This document shows, piece by piece, positions 40,283-52,700 of a DNA stretch of 64,000 nucleotides. Numbering within the stretch: position 1 is the first letter of the stretch; each line of letters opens with the position of its first letter. The notes beneath the pieces are model-generated. The model did not search any database, had not been told where the DNA came from, and was given only the letters and a program-made list of their open reading frames with translations. A program made the position numbers and the translations under genes. The stretch is from Octopus vulgaris (lineage: Eukaryota). The stretch lies in assembly GCA_951406725.2 (NCBI GenBank), contig OX597820.1, forward strand, positions 121,148,001-121,212,000, read 5' to 3'.

Positions 40283-41181
40283 GAGACCAGTGTGCAACTA
40301 AGATAATACCGGTGTCGAATTGTTATTCAAATTAAATTTTCACGCTTGACTCGTGTACTTATCCGAGCTTTCAGACTATCAAAGATGTCGGCAACTGTAG
40401 GAGAAAGAAGAGGTGTAGGCAGAGGAGATGTGTATATAGGAGGTGGCAGGTACAGAATGGGAAGAGAGGGATGGTAAGGCATGTGTGGGTAGTGGTGGTT
40501 GTTGTGATGCCTGGTTTGGCGGCGGCGGCGGTGGTGGTTGTGGTTTAGAGGTGTTCGTGATGATGATGATGATGATGGCGGCAGTGTTGTTGTTATTGAT
40601 GTTGGCGCCATTGGTGGTGAAGACGATAATACAGGTAGTGGCGGTGATTATAATGGTAGAGCGGTAGGAAGTGGTGACGATGTTGGTGTTGTGCTGTTGG
40701 ATGTGGTTGGGGCGGTGGTGGCGGTGGTGATGATGGTGGTGCTACTGCTATCTTGATACAGAAATGGTGCTAACAGATGTAGCCCTTGTAGTAGAATTAG
40801 TTGCTAATGGTGCTAATGTTTGGTGATGGTTGCAGTGTTACACTAGTGATGCTATCTCTTGGCAGTAGTGGTTGCAGTTGCGTCGATAGAAAGGTTCGTG
40901 GTGCTAATGGTGGAAATGTTGTTAACGATGCTATTAGTGTTAAATGTGGCAATCATGTGGCTAGCATTAGTCATAACACTTGTGATGGCTGTTGCTACTG
41001 TTTAACCCTGAGTCAGCTTGATGCAACCGACTGCTAATCAAACAAACTTCCAAAGTAATACTTCCGTCTATTTCGGGTATGTCCTTGAGATTTCTAGATT
41101 TAACTGATGCATCCGACAAAAAGATAGGAGACTGTGTCAAGCCTCAATCGTTAGTCATTGAAAGTAATGGCAAAGTGATGA

Positions 41182-41395
41182 GGCAGTGAACTGGCAGAAT
41201 CGTTAGCGTGCCGAGAAAAATGCTTGGCGGCATTTCGTCCGGCTTTACATTCTGAGTTCAAATTCTGCCGAGGTAGACTTTGACTCTCATTGGTTTAGAT
41301 ACGATGAAATAATTACTAGTCATGTAGTATGGTCAATGCAACCAACTAACACCCATCTTCCGAAATTGCAGGCCTTGTGCAAAAGCTTAAAACAG
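41182..41395 (+). mobile_element. SINE family B
   Basis: GAACTGGCAGAATCGTTAGC head and B box. Confidence 0.8.
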
Positions 41396-41499
41396 GTATT
41401 AGTAGTGACGTTAGTTGTGATGGTGGCTGTACTGCTGTTGATGATGGCGGTGAAGCGATTCTGTCAATGGCGATAGACATGTTGCTTCTATTTATGTTG

Positions 41500-42220
41500 T
41501 TCGACTTCAACACAACCAAAACATTCTATAGGGGATTAGTGGAGTGGAGGTACGACGACGATCTCGGGGAATACCTGACCCGCCTGTTCAAGATGACTTT
41601 CGGGCCGGGACCTATGGACAACTTCCAGAGATCCCTGGCCTGGTAGTGTTATCGAGAAGCGCTACCCGTTCGGGATAAGCTCTACAGGCATGGTTTGAGA
41701 AACACGGGGCCAGCCTGCCCGAGATGCTATCGCATGTGGGACGAGTCGGTTTATCAACCGAGTCTATTGTGAATATTGCCGCGCCTCCTTCCTTGAAACG
41801 GGAAGGAAGAGCCATTTTCATCGTACATGTGGCTATGGCGAAAGAATCTGTATGGTGGACGCGTCTGAAAGGATTGGAGACAAACACTTTCCCCTCTGGT
41901 CAATCTGGTGAGAGTAGAGAGGGAAGTTTTGTCTAGCGAATGTTTCAAAAAAAGATGGGTGAATATAGCAAGGAGGACACGCATGAATGATGGAACCACC
42001 TTGAGTATAATCCTACGAATCAGAAAAAGAAAGGAAGAAAGAGAGTCACTTACTGTAATGCATGACATTATTGCCCGAGGTCACCGTGGTCATTTCCGTA
42101 GGCTTTTATTTCCACGGATAAACCTAATCTGTTTCCCCTTTTTAGACTGACATTTCTGTGATACTCGATCCCTATTGATCTGCTTTTTAACGATCCCTTT
42201 TGTGGCCAATAAAGAAACAT
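41500..42220 (+). mobile_element. 3' end of L1/Tx1-like LINE
   Basis: FQRSLAW*CYREALPVRDKLYRHGLRNTGPACPRC resembles the zf-RVT region; ends GCCAATAAAGAAA (same tip at about 55850-55890). Confidence 0.75.
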
Positions 42221-42289
42221 ATTTGTGTTGTTCACTGTTAATGATAGTGGCGCTGTTATTACAGTATAAATATATCGAGGAATACATTA

Positions 42290-42470
42290 GGCAGAAATGT
42301 TAGACGAAATACCGCTAAGTATTTCGCCCGGCGTAGTCTTTACGTTCTGAGTTCAAATTCCATCGAGTTCGACTTTGCCTTTTAATTAAGTACCAGTTCC
42401 ATACTGCGGTCGACCTAATCGATTGGCTCCTCCCCAGAAATTTCGGGCCTTGTGCCTAGAGTAGAAATGA
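42290..42470 (+). mobile_element. SINE family B, internally deleted
   Basis: GTTCTGAGTTCAAATTC..GACTTTGCCTTT..AAGTACCAG. Confidence 0.75.
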
Positions 42471-43145
42471 ATATGTGTGTACTATGAAATGTGCTCAAGG
42501 GGCCGCGCGGTAGGACTGAACCTAAAATCACGTGGTCGTAAAGCAAGATTCTTAGCAACGCGATCATGGCTACGCCTCGAAAAAAATTTTTTTTTTTTTT
42601 TCATTTGAAATGTAAAATGCAAGAAAAATGGAGGAGAAATTTATGTAGTCTAAAAAACAAAAACAAAAAAGATAGATAAATAAAATTAAACACTATGTAA
42701 TGGAGACGGAAGAGAGATCGAAAGAGATATGATGCATTCTGAAGAGGTTTGTGAGTCTAAACGCCCTCCTCTTCGTACACAGTCTATTTAAGTACTCAAT
42801 AAAATATCCCATTATTCGTGTTTGTTTGACCTAAAGTCCAGATTATTTTACACGAATAACCTCTGCTTTATTATGTAGCTTTTAAAACGAGAAAGAAATA
42901 ACAGTAATAATAATAATAATAATAATATTAGTAGTAATTATTATTATTATTTCTTTATTTTACTTCTGTTTTTTTTCAAAGTGAAATCAGGATATAAGAA
43001 CGAAATTCACCCAATAAGAACTAAAAGGCTTATCTGTTTGGTTTATTCTCTAAGAACGTTGTTATTCGTTCAACATGAATTGGTGAAGTTAAACACACAA
43101 ACATCTGAAAATTAAGGTCAGTGACCTAGAAGGGCCGGCGCAGAG

Positions 43146-43186
<41 letters not shown>

Positions 43187-43763
43187 CGGCAACAACAACA
43201 ACAACAACAACAACAACAACGGCAACAACACGGTAGATTTACAATATCAAATGTGAACAGATATTTTTAAAAAAATAACCGCCGTAGATTTTACAGGAGT
43301 AAGAAACGAGATATAAACCCCCACTCTCTCTCATATATATATATATATATACACGCATACATACACACGTACACCCATACACATATAATGCACACATGTA
43401 TGTAGATGTGTGTATGCGTGTGTGTGTGTGTTTTTTCTGTGTTGTATTATGGATAATATGTTTTTCGTATTTCGTGCAGAGCTGTTTGTAATTTCTTTTC
43501 TTGCTGTGAAGTTTCCAGCCGATCCTGTTTTCCGATCGTCAAGTTTGAACGTAAAAGAAATATCTGCTCTCCCCCCCCCCTGTGTTACTATTATTATTCA
43601 GTGCAGACGAAAGGAGTAACACTGCTAAGTTTCTGATGGCTGGACACTCAGCCTCCACAATAAAAAGTAATAGCTCATGTTTATGTGTAGCGATAGCAAT
43701 TGCTAATAATGTTTAACCTCGCAGTTAGCAACTGGTATCAATTTCATTATGAATGCACGAATT

Positions 43764-44181
43764 GGATCTTTTCGGTTTGAACGACAGTTTTTTCTAGCGG
43801 TGTCATATCAAATTGTCACCCATAATTATGACCCTAGTATCGATCTATTGCATTTCAGCCTGTTTTAGGGTTAGGGTTAGGGGTGGGGGAAGGGTATCTT
43901 TTTTTCTTCACAAATGTAAATAAAACCAATCTGTTTCTTAAATGAGGGACATATTTATACGGCACAAAATGCTTTTTAACTCAATAGACGTCAGTGATTG
44001 GTTGAAATTGCAGAAATTGAAGAAAAAAAAACAAACAAATATCTTACAAGCTATAGAATTTTCGCAATAAAGCCAAAAGAAAAAGATGTTTTATAAACAC
44101 ATTCTACCAGAATACGAAGTTTAAAATTTCTAAGTTAACTAGAAATTATGTTAAAAACTGCCGTTCAAACCGAAAAGATCC
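43764..44181. mobile_element. TTAGGG-containing MITE, copy 2
   Basis: TIRs GGATCTTTTCGGTTTGAACG.CAGTTTTT; 8-bp TSD CACGAATT at 43756-43763 and 44182-44189. Confidence 0.95.
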
Positions 44182-44835
44182 CACGAATTAACTGAGGAAG
44201 TCAGAGACAGATGAATGTGTTGTTTACTAATATTGTTTCCGTATTAGGAATGTTTTGTGTAATTCATTGCGACATTGCTGTTGCTTCTGACTCTTACAAG
44301 TATGACGATCCATATTTCTCTGGCTAATGTAAAAAATTTTCCTAATTTATGCATATTATTTTAATTATGAACCTCATTGATCATTCGCCATATATTTGTT
44401 GGCTCTGACTCATTAATGATAAGATGGGGGCTTTATTTTTCAGATCTTTAGGCAAATCACGAGCACTAATGGTAAACAATACTAGGTTTCGACGCTGACT
44501 GAAAACTGTCAAAATTTTAAAATCCAATAACGGGACAAATACTGCCACTTACAGAACAATGATACCATATTCTTCACTAGAAGACACCAATGCCAAACAC
44601 TTTATCCACAAGCAAAGATCCTCAAAGTTCCTAAGGTTACCTTTGCAAGAAGAAAACTATAATAATCTAAAAAGTATATTGATTTATATGTTAGACAGGA
44701 CGGTTTGGTTTATACATATAGCCGACGAAAATGCATCGTAGCTCTTAGCTCCGGCATTTGAAATTCTGAGTCCTATTATGACAACTTACCGATTGTACTA
44801 TATATATATATATATAGGTAAGAAAGTTGGTATGT

Positions 44836-44871
44836 GAAATTTGAAAAGCTGAACGCGAAACCGGTCATTTC
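44836..44871 (+). ncRNA. Minimal type I hammerhead motif, U3-A8 core variant
   Basis: GAAAT-TTGAAAA-GC/TGAAC/GC-GAAA-CCGGT-C-ATTTC: perfect 5-bp stem I, palindromic ACCGGT stem III, GUC triplet; inside an insert of about 176 bp between (TA)n tracts. Confidence 0.65.
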
Positions 44872-44989
44872 TTCTATACTATGTCATTGTAGGAAAACAT
44901 TTATAACATTCTTCAGACATATTGACTCAAATATATATTTTTTAACCTTTTAAAACAAGCCTTCTGTAGTTTTTACACTTTTTACTATT

Positions 44990-45025
<36 letters not shown>

Positions 45026-45030
<5 letters not shown>

Positions 45031-45720
45031 GATTTATGAAAGAATTTAAAAGTGCGGAACGATTTGTGCTTACACGTAGTGAAGGCCTCGTTGTATTTAT
45101 TAGGCAATTGTGTTGAGCTGTGGATTAGAATTTTGAGACCTTTTAAGCAAAGGTCACAACTTGAGTGTTGGCCCTATTCTCTCTCTCATCTTCTCGGCTA
45201 CTCCATACACAATTCTTAGACACCTTACACATATGCACCTTACTTTATCCAATCCTTAAAATCCCCTCTACCTCACTCTATCTACCTTTCTTTCTATTTC
45301 TTTTCTTTTCTTTACTTTTACCAATTAATAGCCACCCCCGCTACCATTCTGTTATTGAACGTTGATATGTTCGCCTCTTCTTGGGATGTCTACTATATCA
45401 GGACTTTAAGCCACATGGATATACGCAGGATTGTACCTAAAGACTGATGCTCTTGTTTCTGAAATTTCGGAAAGTTGAACTATGAACTTTAATGCTTCTT
45501 TTTTCTTTTCTCATTCCAATTCCTTATACTTTTATTTCCTTCCTTTATGTTGTCATCTTATGGATACATACCATTCTCATTTTCCATATCCGCCCCCTTA
45601 TTTGTCTCTGATGACAGCATATCCCATACTCGGAGATATCCCAGAAACAGCTGTAAGATTTTGAATTTCTTCTTATAGTAATATTGTACGTGACTTCAGA
45701 TGTTTACCTTACTTTAATGT
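45026..45720 (+). mobile_element. Penelope-like element 3' remnant
   Basis: Starts at (TA)n; ELWIRIL..SKGHNL resembles the GIY-YIG C-terminal E..WI..L....GLN; pyrimidine-rich UTR; hammerhead at 45604-45659. Confidence 0.6.
45604..45659 (+). ncRNA. Type I hammerhead motif, canonical core
   Basis: GTCT-CTGATGA-[stem II ATATC..GATAT, base decayed]-GAAA-CAGCTGT-A-AGAT; perfect palindrome ACAGCTGT in stem III. Confidence 0.65.
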
Positions 45721-45883
45721 TTAGCGTCCTGTTTAGCAATTATGTATTCACTGCATCGGAAATCTGCAATGGCTCCATAACTACCGTCTCGGCTATAACC
45801 TTGGAGCCCCAGTAATCCGGTACAGCACTTACCTACCGTACCCAATCGTTTAGATCACCTGTAAACTAAACCCCCATAATTCG

Positions 45884-45914
<31 letters not shown>

Positions 45915-47365
45915 ATAGACAGATATGTTTGAAATTCTTCGGAAATACTTTTACGATAATGAAGTCAATGCTAAAGCGGGTTGGGTAATTTACAGTTTTT
46001 TAAAACGCACGGCAGAAGCAATCCTAAGACTCATGGTTGGTTAGGGTGAAAAGCAGAAGATATTGATAATGCTGCATCGTTCTTTAAAGATACAACTCTT
46101 ACAAAAACTTGTCTGGATTCGGGGCAAGCTTTGCCATTTACACTTGAAAGATTTTCAAATAAAATTCTACTTCACACATAAGAGCGAATAAGTCTTAGAA
46201 AGAGCATTCAAAATATATACTATTCGAATCGAACCCCTTTCCATTCCTTTTCATACATGCATTAAGCACTAAAATCAGGCTTTTATGAAAGTGAGCAATT
46301 TTAATTGTATTCAAAAGATTCGTTCAGTTGCTCTTTACGTTACAATTGTATTTTTATTAAGGTTTGAATGGCAGCTGAAGGGAAGTTTGTGTTTGGTGGT
46401 GACTGTCTTTTGACAACTGTCTTCAATTAATTAAAATGAATTTTAAAGAACCACAAAGAATGGGCGAAATGGAAGAGGTGGGCCATAGAAAGCGTTGGCT
46501 GATAAGAATATGAAAGAAAAGGAGAAGCAGTGTGAGGGGTTAAATGTGTTGGAGTGAGTGTGCGAAATGCAGAGGGGAGGGGAAAGTGGTAGCAGCAAGA
46601 GAGAAAGGGAGAGAAAAATAGAGAGTTGGAAGAAGTGTTGATAGTATTAGAGAGAGAGAAGTGGATGTAGCAAAGCTTTCGTCAAGGACAGAGAGACGTG
46701 GAAAATTAAAAGAAAGGGATTCCTCACATGGTAAGAATGGAGCAGTAGCGGTGGAGCCATCGATAGTTACATAGAAATGAAGAGAGAGAGAGCGAAATGC
46801 ATGGGCATAGCATAGGAACATGCAGAATGAGATTGTGTTATGGATACTTCCATGTATAAATGGAGGTTTGGTGATTGTCCCACTCTATTGTTGTCGAAAT
46901 AACTTGCCGCAATGCCTTACGTCTTTTCGTTTCTTCGCTCTTCTTCTATTTGCAAAACGGCCAAAACAACGTTGCTAATCAATAAAATTTATTACTATAC
47001 AAAGTGCTAAGATTCGAATTTATCGACCTCTAATTTTTTTTGGTTTGAAAGTCCCAACATGGCAAAAGGCAACGACCAAATCCGAAAATCAGACGAAGGA
47101 AGAACAAAAGTATAAATAAAGCGCGCGTGTGTGCATATGTGAGTGTATTTCACACACGTACACACACACACACATATATGTAGGCAGGTGTGTACATGTA
47201 CATATATATGTATATAAATATATAATATAGTATACATATACTATATACGTGTGTGCTTATACATTTATATATACATTTATAAATAAGGATAATATCGATA
47301 TTTAACTATCGATATTATCAAGTGGCCAGCATGGGAATAAATACCATACAAAGGTAATAATTTTT

Positions 47366-47488
47366 TACAACTATAAATAAGGGTATCTAAGAGACACCAC
47401 CATGTTGAAATAGGTGGTTTTTAGAGTCAGGGTTTGACTGCTATTTCGGCATGGTGGTATCTCTCAGATACCCTTATTTATAGTTGTA
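47366..47488. repeat. Inverted repeat (48-bp arms) in a (TA)n-flanked insert
   Basis: 47366-47413 versus 47441-47488; an additional perfect 13-bp hairpin at 47288-47319. Confidence 0.9.
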
Positions 47489-47492
47489 CATT

Positions 47493-47542
<50 letters not shown>

Positions 47543-48497
47543 AATATTGTATCAATGAAACTCTTCAATACTTGAGGTAATGGGGCCAACTAAAAGAGTC
47601 GACTTCATTCCCGGGGGCGAAGAAGGGAGCCAGATATAGTTTAACACGAGGCTGAGCTGAGAAGAACATACGCTGAATATGAAGTAAGGCTAGGGCTGTG
47701 AAACCTTGCATACATTAATTTCAGTTATTCTTATTAATAACTGAATTATTTCTTTCTAGGTTCACTTGCATCTGACTGTTCAAAGAAGACTTCAAGAGTA
47801 TATATTAGCGATAGAGACAATACTGACACCGAACCCTAATATCTATCTCCACTTAAAAGTGGATGTTCTGTGAGAACAAACTGTGCTGAAGATGTTACCA
47901 CGAGAGAAGCTCTGGGACTTGCATTTTGGTACAAACTGCATTCTAGTTTCTATTGCTGGCGGAGAGACTGCTAGATCACCTGACTTTGACCTTGTTTAGT
48001 TTTGTCATTGATGGATTCTCGACCGCTAGAGGCAGCAGCGATTCCTCTCCCCACCAGAGATATATCGACTGATAGTACCAAGAGCAGGCGCTGGTGTCGC
48101 GATTAACCAGTTCGATTTTTGTACCAAAGCACCAATCCCAGAGTTTTTCTCTCATGGTAACTACCGCAGTAAAGTTTGCTCCAATATAATATCCACGTTG
48201 AAGTGAGAATAAATATGACAGAGGCGCGCGCGCAGTATTATTGAACATTGAGAATGAGATGTCAACACGGCATGGATGAATAATTATTCATCAATTGTGG
48301 GTTAACAAAGGCTACCAATGTTTCCATTTAGAGATCTTTACAATTGCTCAAACTATACCAGATGAGGACGCTCTCTCATCCAAAATAGAGATCAATAGCA
48401 ACGTTCCCATTTGTTACGCTTGAACGATTGCATGGGTCTCAGTTTACACGAAACGACTGAAATCATTAACACACAAATAAATTATATATATATATAT

Positions 48498-48534
<37 letters not shown>

Positions 48535-48535
48535 G

Positions 48536-48702
48536 TAGGGAGAGTTTACGAAAAAAACAACATAAGACGAAGACAGGTGGTGTATAATACAAACAGATGT
48601 ATTAGTATAACGCTCAGGAATAGATAAAGTCTTTTACGTTTCCAGCCTACGCTCTTCTACAGAAAGGGACACAGAAAACAGGGAGAGAAACAAGGAGAGA
48701 AA

Positions 48703-48705
<3 letters not shown>
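48536..48705 (-). mobile_element. Penelope-like terminal remnant with variant hammerhead (48631-48666)
   Basis: Between (TA)n tracts; minus strand CTTT-CTGTAGA-A-GAGC/GTAG/GCTG-GAAA-CGT-A-AAAG; homologous to 19245-19400. Confidence 0.65.
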
Positions 48706-48782
<77 letters not shown>

Positions 48783-49051
48783 ATACGCGCGCGCGTATAT
48801 AGTGTATATAGAAACGCAGCAAATTTAACACATTCTCCGTATATTGTAAAAACATATGAACAGACTAAATCCATTTTCGAAACATATTGCCCTCTCATCA
48901 GAGGTGTGTACAACAAGCGACTAGCACCAGAGAGACAAATAACCAATCTGTTAGCATACACAATAAATCTAGTAGTTCCCGAGGGCTGGGACTACTAATT
49001 TGCATAAGTACGTGTGTCTATATATACAAACAGAAATGTGTAATACGTATA

Positions 49052-49947
49052 CAGTAATCACTCACCATATCCCGGTTCACCTGTTGCGTCGTCACTACAT
49101 CGCGAATTTTCTGCTTAACATTTGTAAATTTATATTGCGGACTCCTCAGTGTATCGCGAATTTCTGCAGCCAATAATTATTTCTAGATTTTAGATTTGAA
49201 TCTCTGTGGTATAATAAGCATTTTCACGCCTAAAAATTAATACAGTACTGGTATCTTTTCGGTTTGTACGGCAGTTTTTTCTAGCGGTGTCATATGAAAT
49301 TGTCACCCATAATTATGACCCTAGAATCGATCTATTGCATTTCAATCTGTTTTAGGGTTAGTTAGGGTTGATTAGGCGTGGGGGAAGGGTATCTTTATTT
49401 CTTCACAATTGTAAATAAACCCAATCTGTTTCTTAAACGAGGGACATATTCATACGGCACAGAATGCTTTTGAACTCAATAGACGTCAATGATTGGTTGA
49501 AATTGCAGAAATTGAAGAAAAAACAACAACAAATATCTTACAAACTATAGAATTTTCTCAATAAAACCAAGAGAAAACGATGTTTTATAAACACATTCTA
49601 CCAGTATACGAAGTTTAAAATTTTTTAGTTACTTAGAAATTATGTTAAAAACTGCCGTTCAAACCGAAAAGATCCCAGTACTGCACTGAATAACATTTTA
49701 ATTAAAATATATTAAAAGAAAATACGTAGTGTACCGTAGATGAGTAAACAAGGAACTGCACATACTGTTTGGAAAACGAAACCTGGGAGGCGCGTGTGTG
49801 GTGTTTTGCATTTATATTAAAATAAATATATATATAAATCATAAAAATAAGGGAAAAAAAATTTACGGTTCTGTTTCTACTTCGCGGATTTTCACATATC
49901 GCGTGGGGTTTTGAAACGTAACACCCGCAATAGTGGAAGGATTACTG
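49052..49947. mobile_element. Tigger/pogo-like MITE hosting the copy-3 MITE
   Basis: TA|CAGTAATC...GATTACTG ends with subterminal ATCGCG motifs at both ends. Confidence 0.7.
49251..49675. mobile_element. TTAGGG-containing MITE, copy 3
   Basis: Same TIRs and body; 8-bp TSD CAGTACTG at 49243-49250 and 49676-49683. Confidence 0.95.
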
Positions 49948-50503
49948 TCCATGTATATAGATACACGTATACACTGGCACACACACATGTGTGTCTGTGT
50001 GTGAGAGAGAGAGAGAGATGCGGACAATATATTTGTATGCTTAAGTCTATAAACAATACAGACGAAATGATGACAACACTTCAGAGTAAGACCTAAGTTA
50101 CAGACATTTAACAGAAGCTTATACATACAGGAAATATATCTGAAACTCTTGTATATATATATGTGTGTGTGTGTTTGCGTGTGAGTGAGTGTGTATATAT
50201 ATATATATATGCACTAAACACACAGGCGTGTATATTTATATATAAAACTGCCTGTAAATAAATAAATCCATTTCGTTTGTATCACACATGTAGGAACATG
50301 CTTATGAAACACTATAACAGAAAATCTTGTATATACATGTGTTCGTAACTACATGCAAGTGTATACACGTGTTTGTGTGTACATGCTTGAGCGTTTTCCC
50401 TCGTATAGTCTCTGAATATTTATGTATATACCTGATCAGAATCAGAAACAAACAAAAGCACAGTTTCTATGCGGCCTCACACACACACTGACATATACAA
50501 TAT

Positions 50504-50534
<31 letters not shown>

Positions 50535-50757
50535 TACATACATATAAAATATTGTACGTGTGTGTGTGAATATGTGTGTGTTTCTGTAACACACGTAACA
50601 AGACTAAGAAGCGGAATGTTTTCAAACCACACCCGCTTCCGCATTAATGAGTCTGAGAAGGTTTAATGCTGTCCATGTGCCGGCTTTTCCCTTTGATGTT
50701 ATTCTTTGTCGTATATAAACATTTCATAACCCCGTCGCATCTTCAACTCTCTTGCTT

Positions 50758-50769
50758 TCTCTCTTTCCT

Positions 50770-50844
<75 letters not shown>

Positions 50845-50950
50845 CTCGCTCCCTCTATCTCTCCCTCTCCCTCGCTTTCTCTCTCGCTCTATCTATCTCT
50901 CCCTCTCTCTTTCTCTCTCTCTCGCTCTCTCTCTCTCTCCCTCTCTCTCC
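50758..50950. repeat. (CT)n microsatellite
   Basis: Directly visible. Confidence 0.95.
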
Positions 50951-51053
50951 ATGTATCAATGAGTGGCTGCGCTTAAATGTACTTGAATCTCGTTCTTATT
51001 ATTTTCGCTAACTGACAGAGAAGTTTCAATCTCTCTTTATGTATGTAGGTATG

Positions 51054-52403
51054 TCTATAAAATACAATGTATGTTTGTGTGTATTTCTTCTATGCATGGC
51101 CAAACCGCTGGATCAATCGGTCCAAATTCGGTATGAATGTTTTTTCATTACTCGGGGAAGCTTCGAGTGGGGAGGTCAAATTTTGTCCCCCTATACAACC
51201 CTTCCGATATTTTTTTTCAGCGGTATAATACCAAATTTGGCATGAAGGTTTTTCATTACTCGGGGAAGGTTCAAGAGGGAACAAATTTTGGCTCTTGCCC
51301 ATATAGGGGGCTGCAGCCTCCCCTATACGACCTTTCCGATTTCTAGCGGTATAATATTCTCTTTCTTTTTACTCTTTTACTTGTTTCAGTTATTTGACTG
51401 TGGCCATGCTGGAGCACCGCCTTTAGTCGAGCAAATCGACCCCAGGACTTATTCTTTGTAAGCCTAGTACTTATTCTGTCGGTCTCTTTCGCCGAACCGC
51501 TAAGTCACGGAGACATAAACACACCAGCATCGGTTGTCAAGCGATGTTGGGGGTGGGGCAAACACAGACACACAAACATATACACACACAGACACACACA
51601 CACTTATATATATATATATATATATATACGACGGGGTTCTTTCAGTTTCCGTCTACCAAATCCACTCACAAGGCCATGGTCTGCCCGAAGCTATAGTAGA
51701 AGACACTTGCCCAAGGTGCCACGCAGTGGGACTGAACACAGAACCATGTGGTTGGTAAGCAAGCTACTTACCACACAGCCACCTCTACGCCTTCATTTTT
51801 ATTCTTTCACAAATTGTTTCACTTTTGTTCTTTCACTTTTGATTAGACTATAACATTGTTTCACGTTTATCTATAAAAGTCACTGTCTGTGTGTAGCAGG
51901 TTAGATGGGGTCTCAATACAGAGGGGAGATAAAACGTACCCAAAACTTCCATAGGAAACTTAGCCTAAATTTCCAAATGAAACTAATGGCATCCGCTTCA
52001 CAGGCGGTAAGGTAAGATTGCCAGCACTACCAGCTCCTCCTCCTCAACCTCTCATAGATCTTCTGGAAAGCAGTTCCATCCAGTCAAAGAATTTTCTGGA
52101 CAATATCAGACAATGCAATTCTGCATTTCAAATGACATCGTTTCGTGCATCTAAGGAGATAGTGGAACATGGATTTACGCCAACGTTCAAGGGCAAGTCT
52201 ATTGCCTAATTGTTTCCCTGTTACTCCCAAATGAGCAATTACAGGGTCATGACATGTCATTTAGTGTAATTAGCACATCATTTGCTCCACATATGCTTTG
52301 CTGTCAATGCTGCACTTTCCCGTATCACCTGTTCCAACATAACTGTAATATATATACAAAATATATCACTTTAATCGCGAGCAAGGCCGGGTATCTCTGC
52401 TAG
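51054..52403 (+). mobile_element. Non-autonomous Helitron with RepHel N-terminal coding remnant, interrupted by a SINE
   Basis: TC start, 3' GC-rich hairpin-like segment then CTAG|T at 52400-52404; about 51970-52200 encodes GKVRLPALPAPPPQPLIDLL..SKNFLDNIRQCNSAFQMTSF..GFTPTFK, a typical Helitron RepHel motif. Confidence 0.8.
51366..51791 (-). mobile_element. SINE family A nested in Helitron
   Basis: Full-length match to the family. Confidence 0.9.
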
Positions 52404-52487
52404 TGTATATATATATAGAGATATATATATATATATATATATATATTTATTTATTTGTGTATTCATATATATATATATTTATTTATT

Positions 52488-52700
52488 ACCCACAAGTGGC
52501 TAAACGTAGAGGGGACAAACAAGGACAAAGTATTAAGTCGATCATATCGACCCCAGTGCATAACTGGTACTTAATTTATCGACCCCGATAGGATGAAAGG
52601 CAAAGTCGACCTCGGCGGAATTTGAACTCAGAACGTAACGGCAGACGAAATACGGCTACGCATTATGCCTGGCTTGCTAACGTTTCTGCTTGCTCACCGC
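52488..52700 (-). mobile_element. SINE family B long-tail variant
   Basis: GGATGAAAGGCAAAGTCGACCTCGGCGGAATTTGAACTCAGAAC. Confidence 0.88.

Noticed and set aside
43865-43895. TTAGGG repeats as telomere or chromosome-fusion relic
   Set aside because: They are internal to a MITE present three times with TSDs.
48353-48400. CAGATGA-GGA..TCC-AAAA degenerate hammerhead
   Set aside because: Two invariant positions are changed without compensation; cannot be distinguished from chance.
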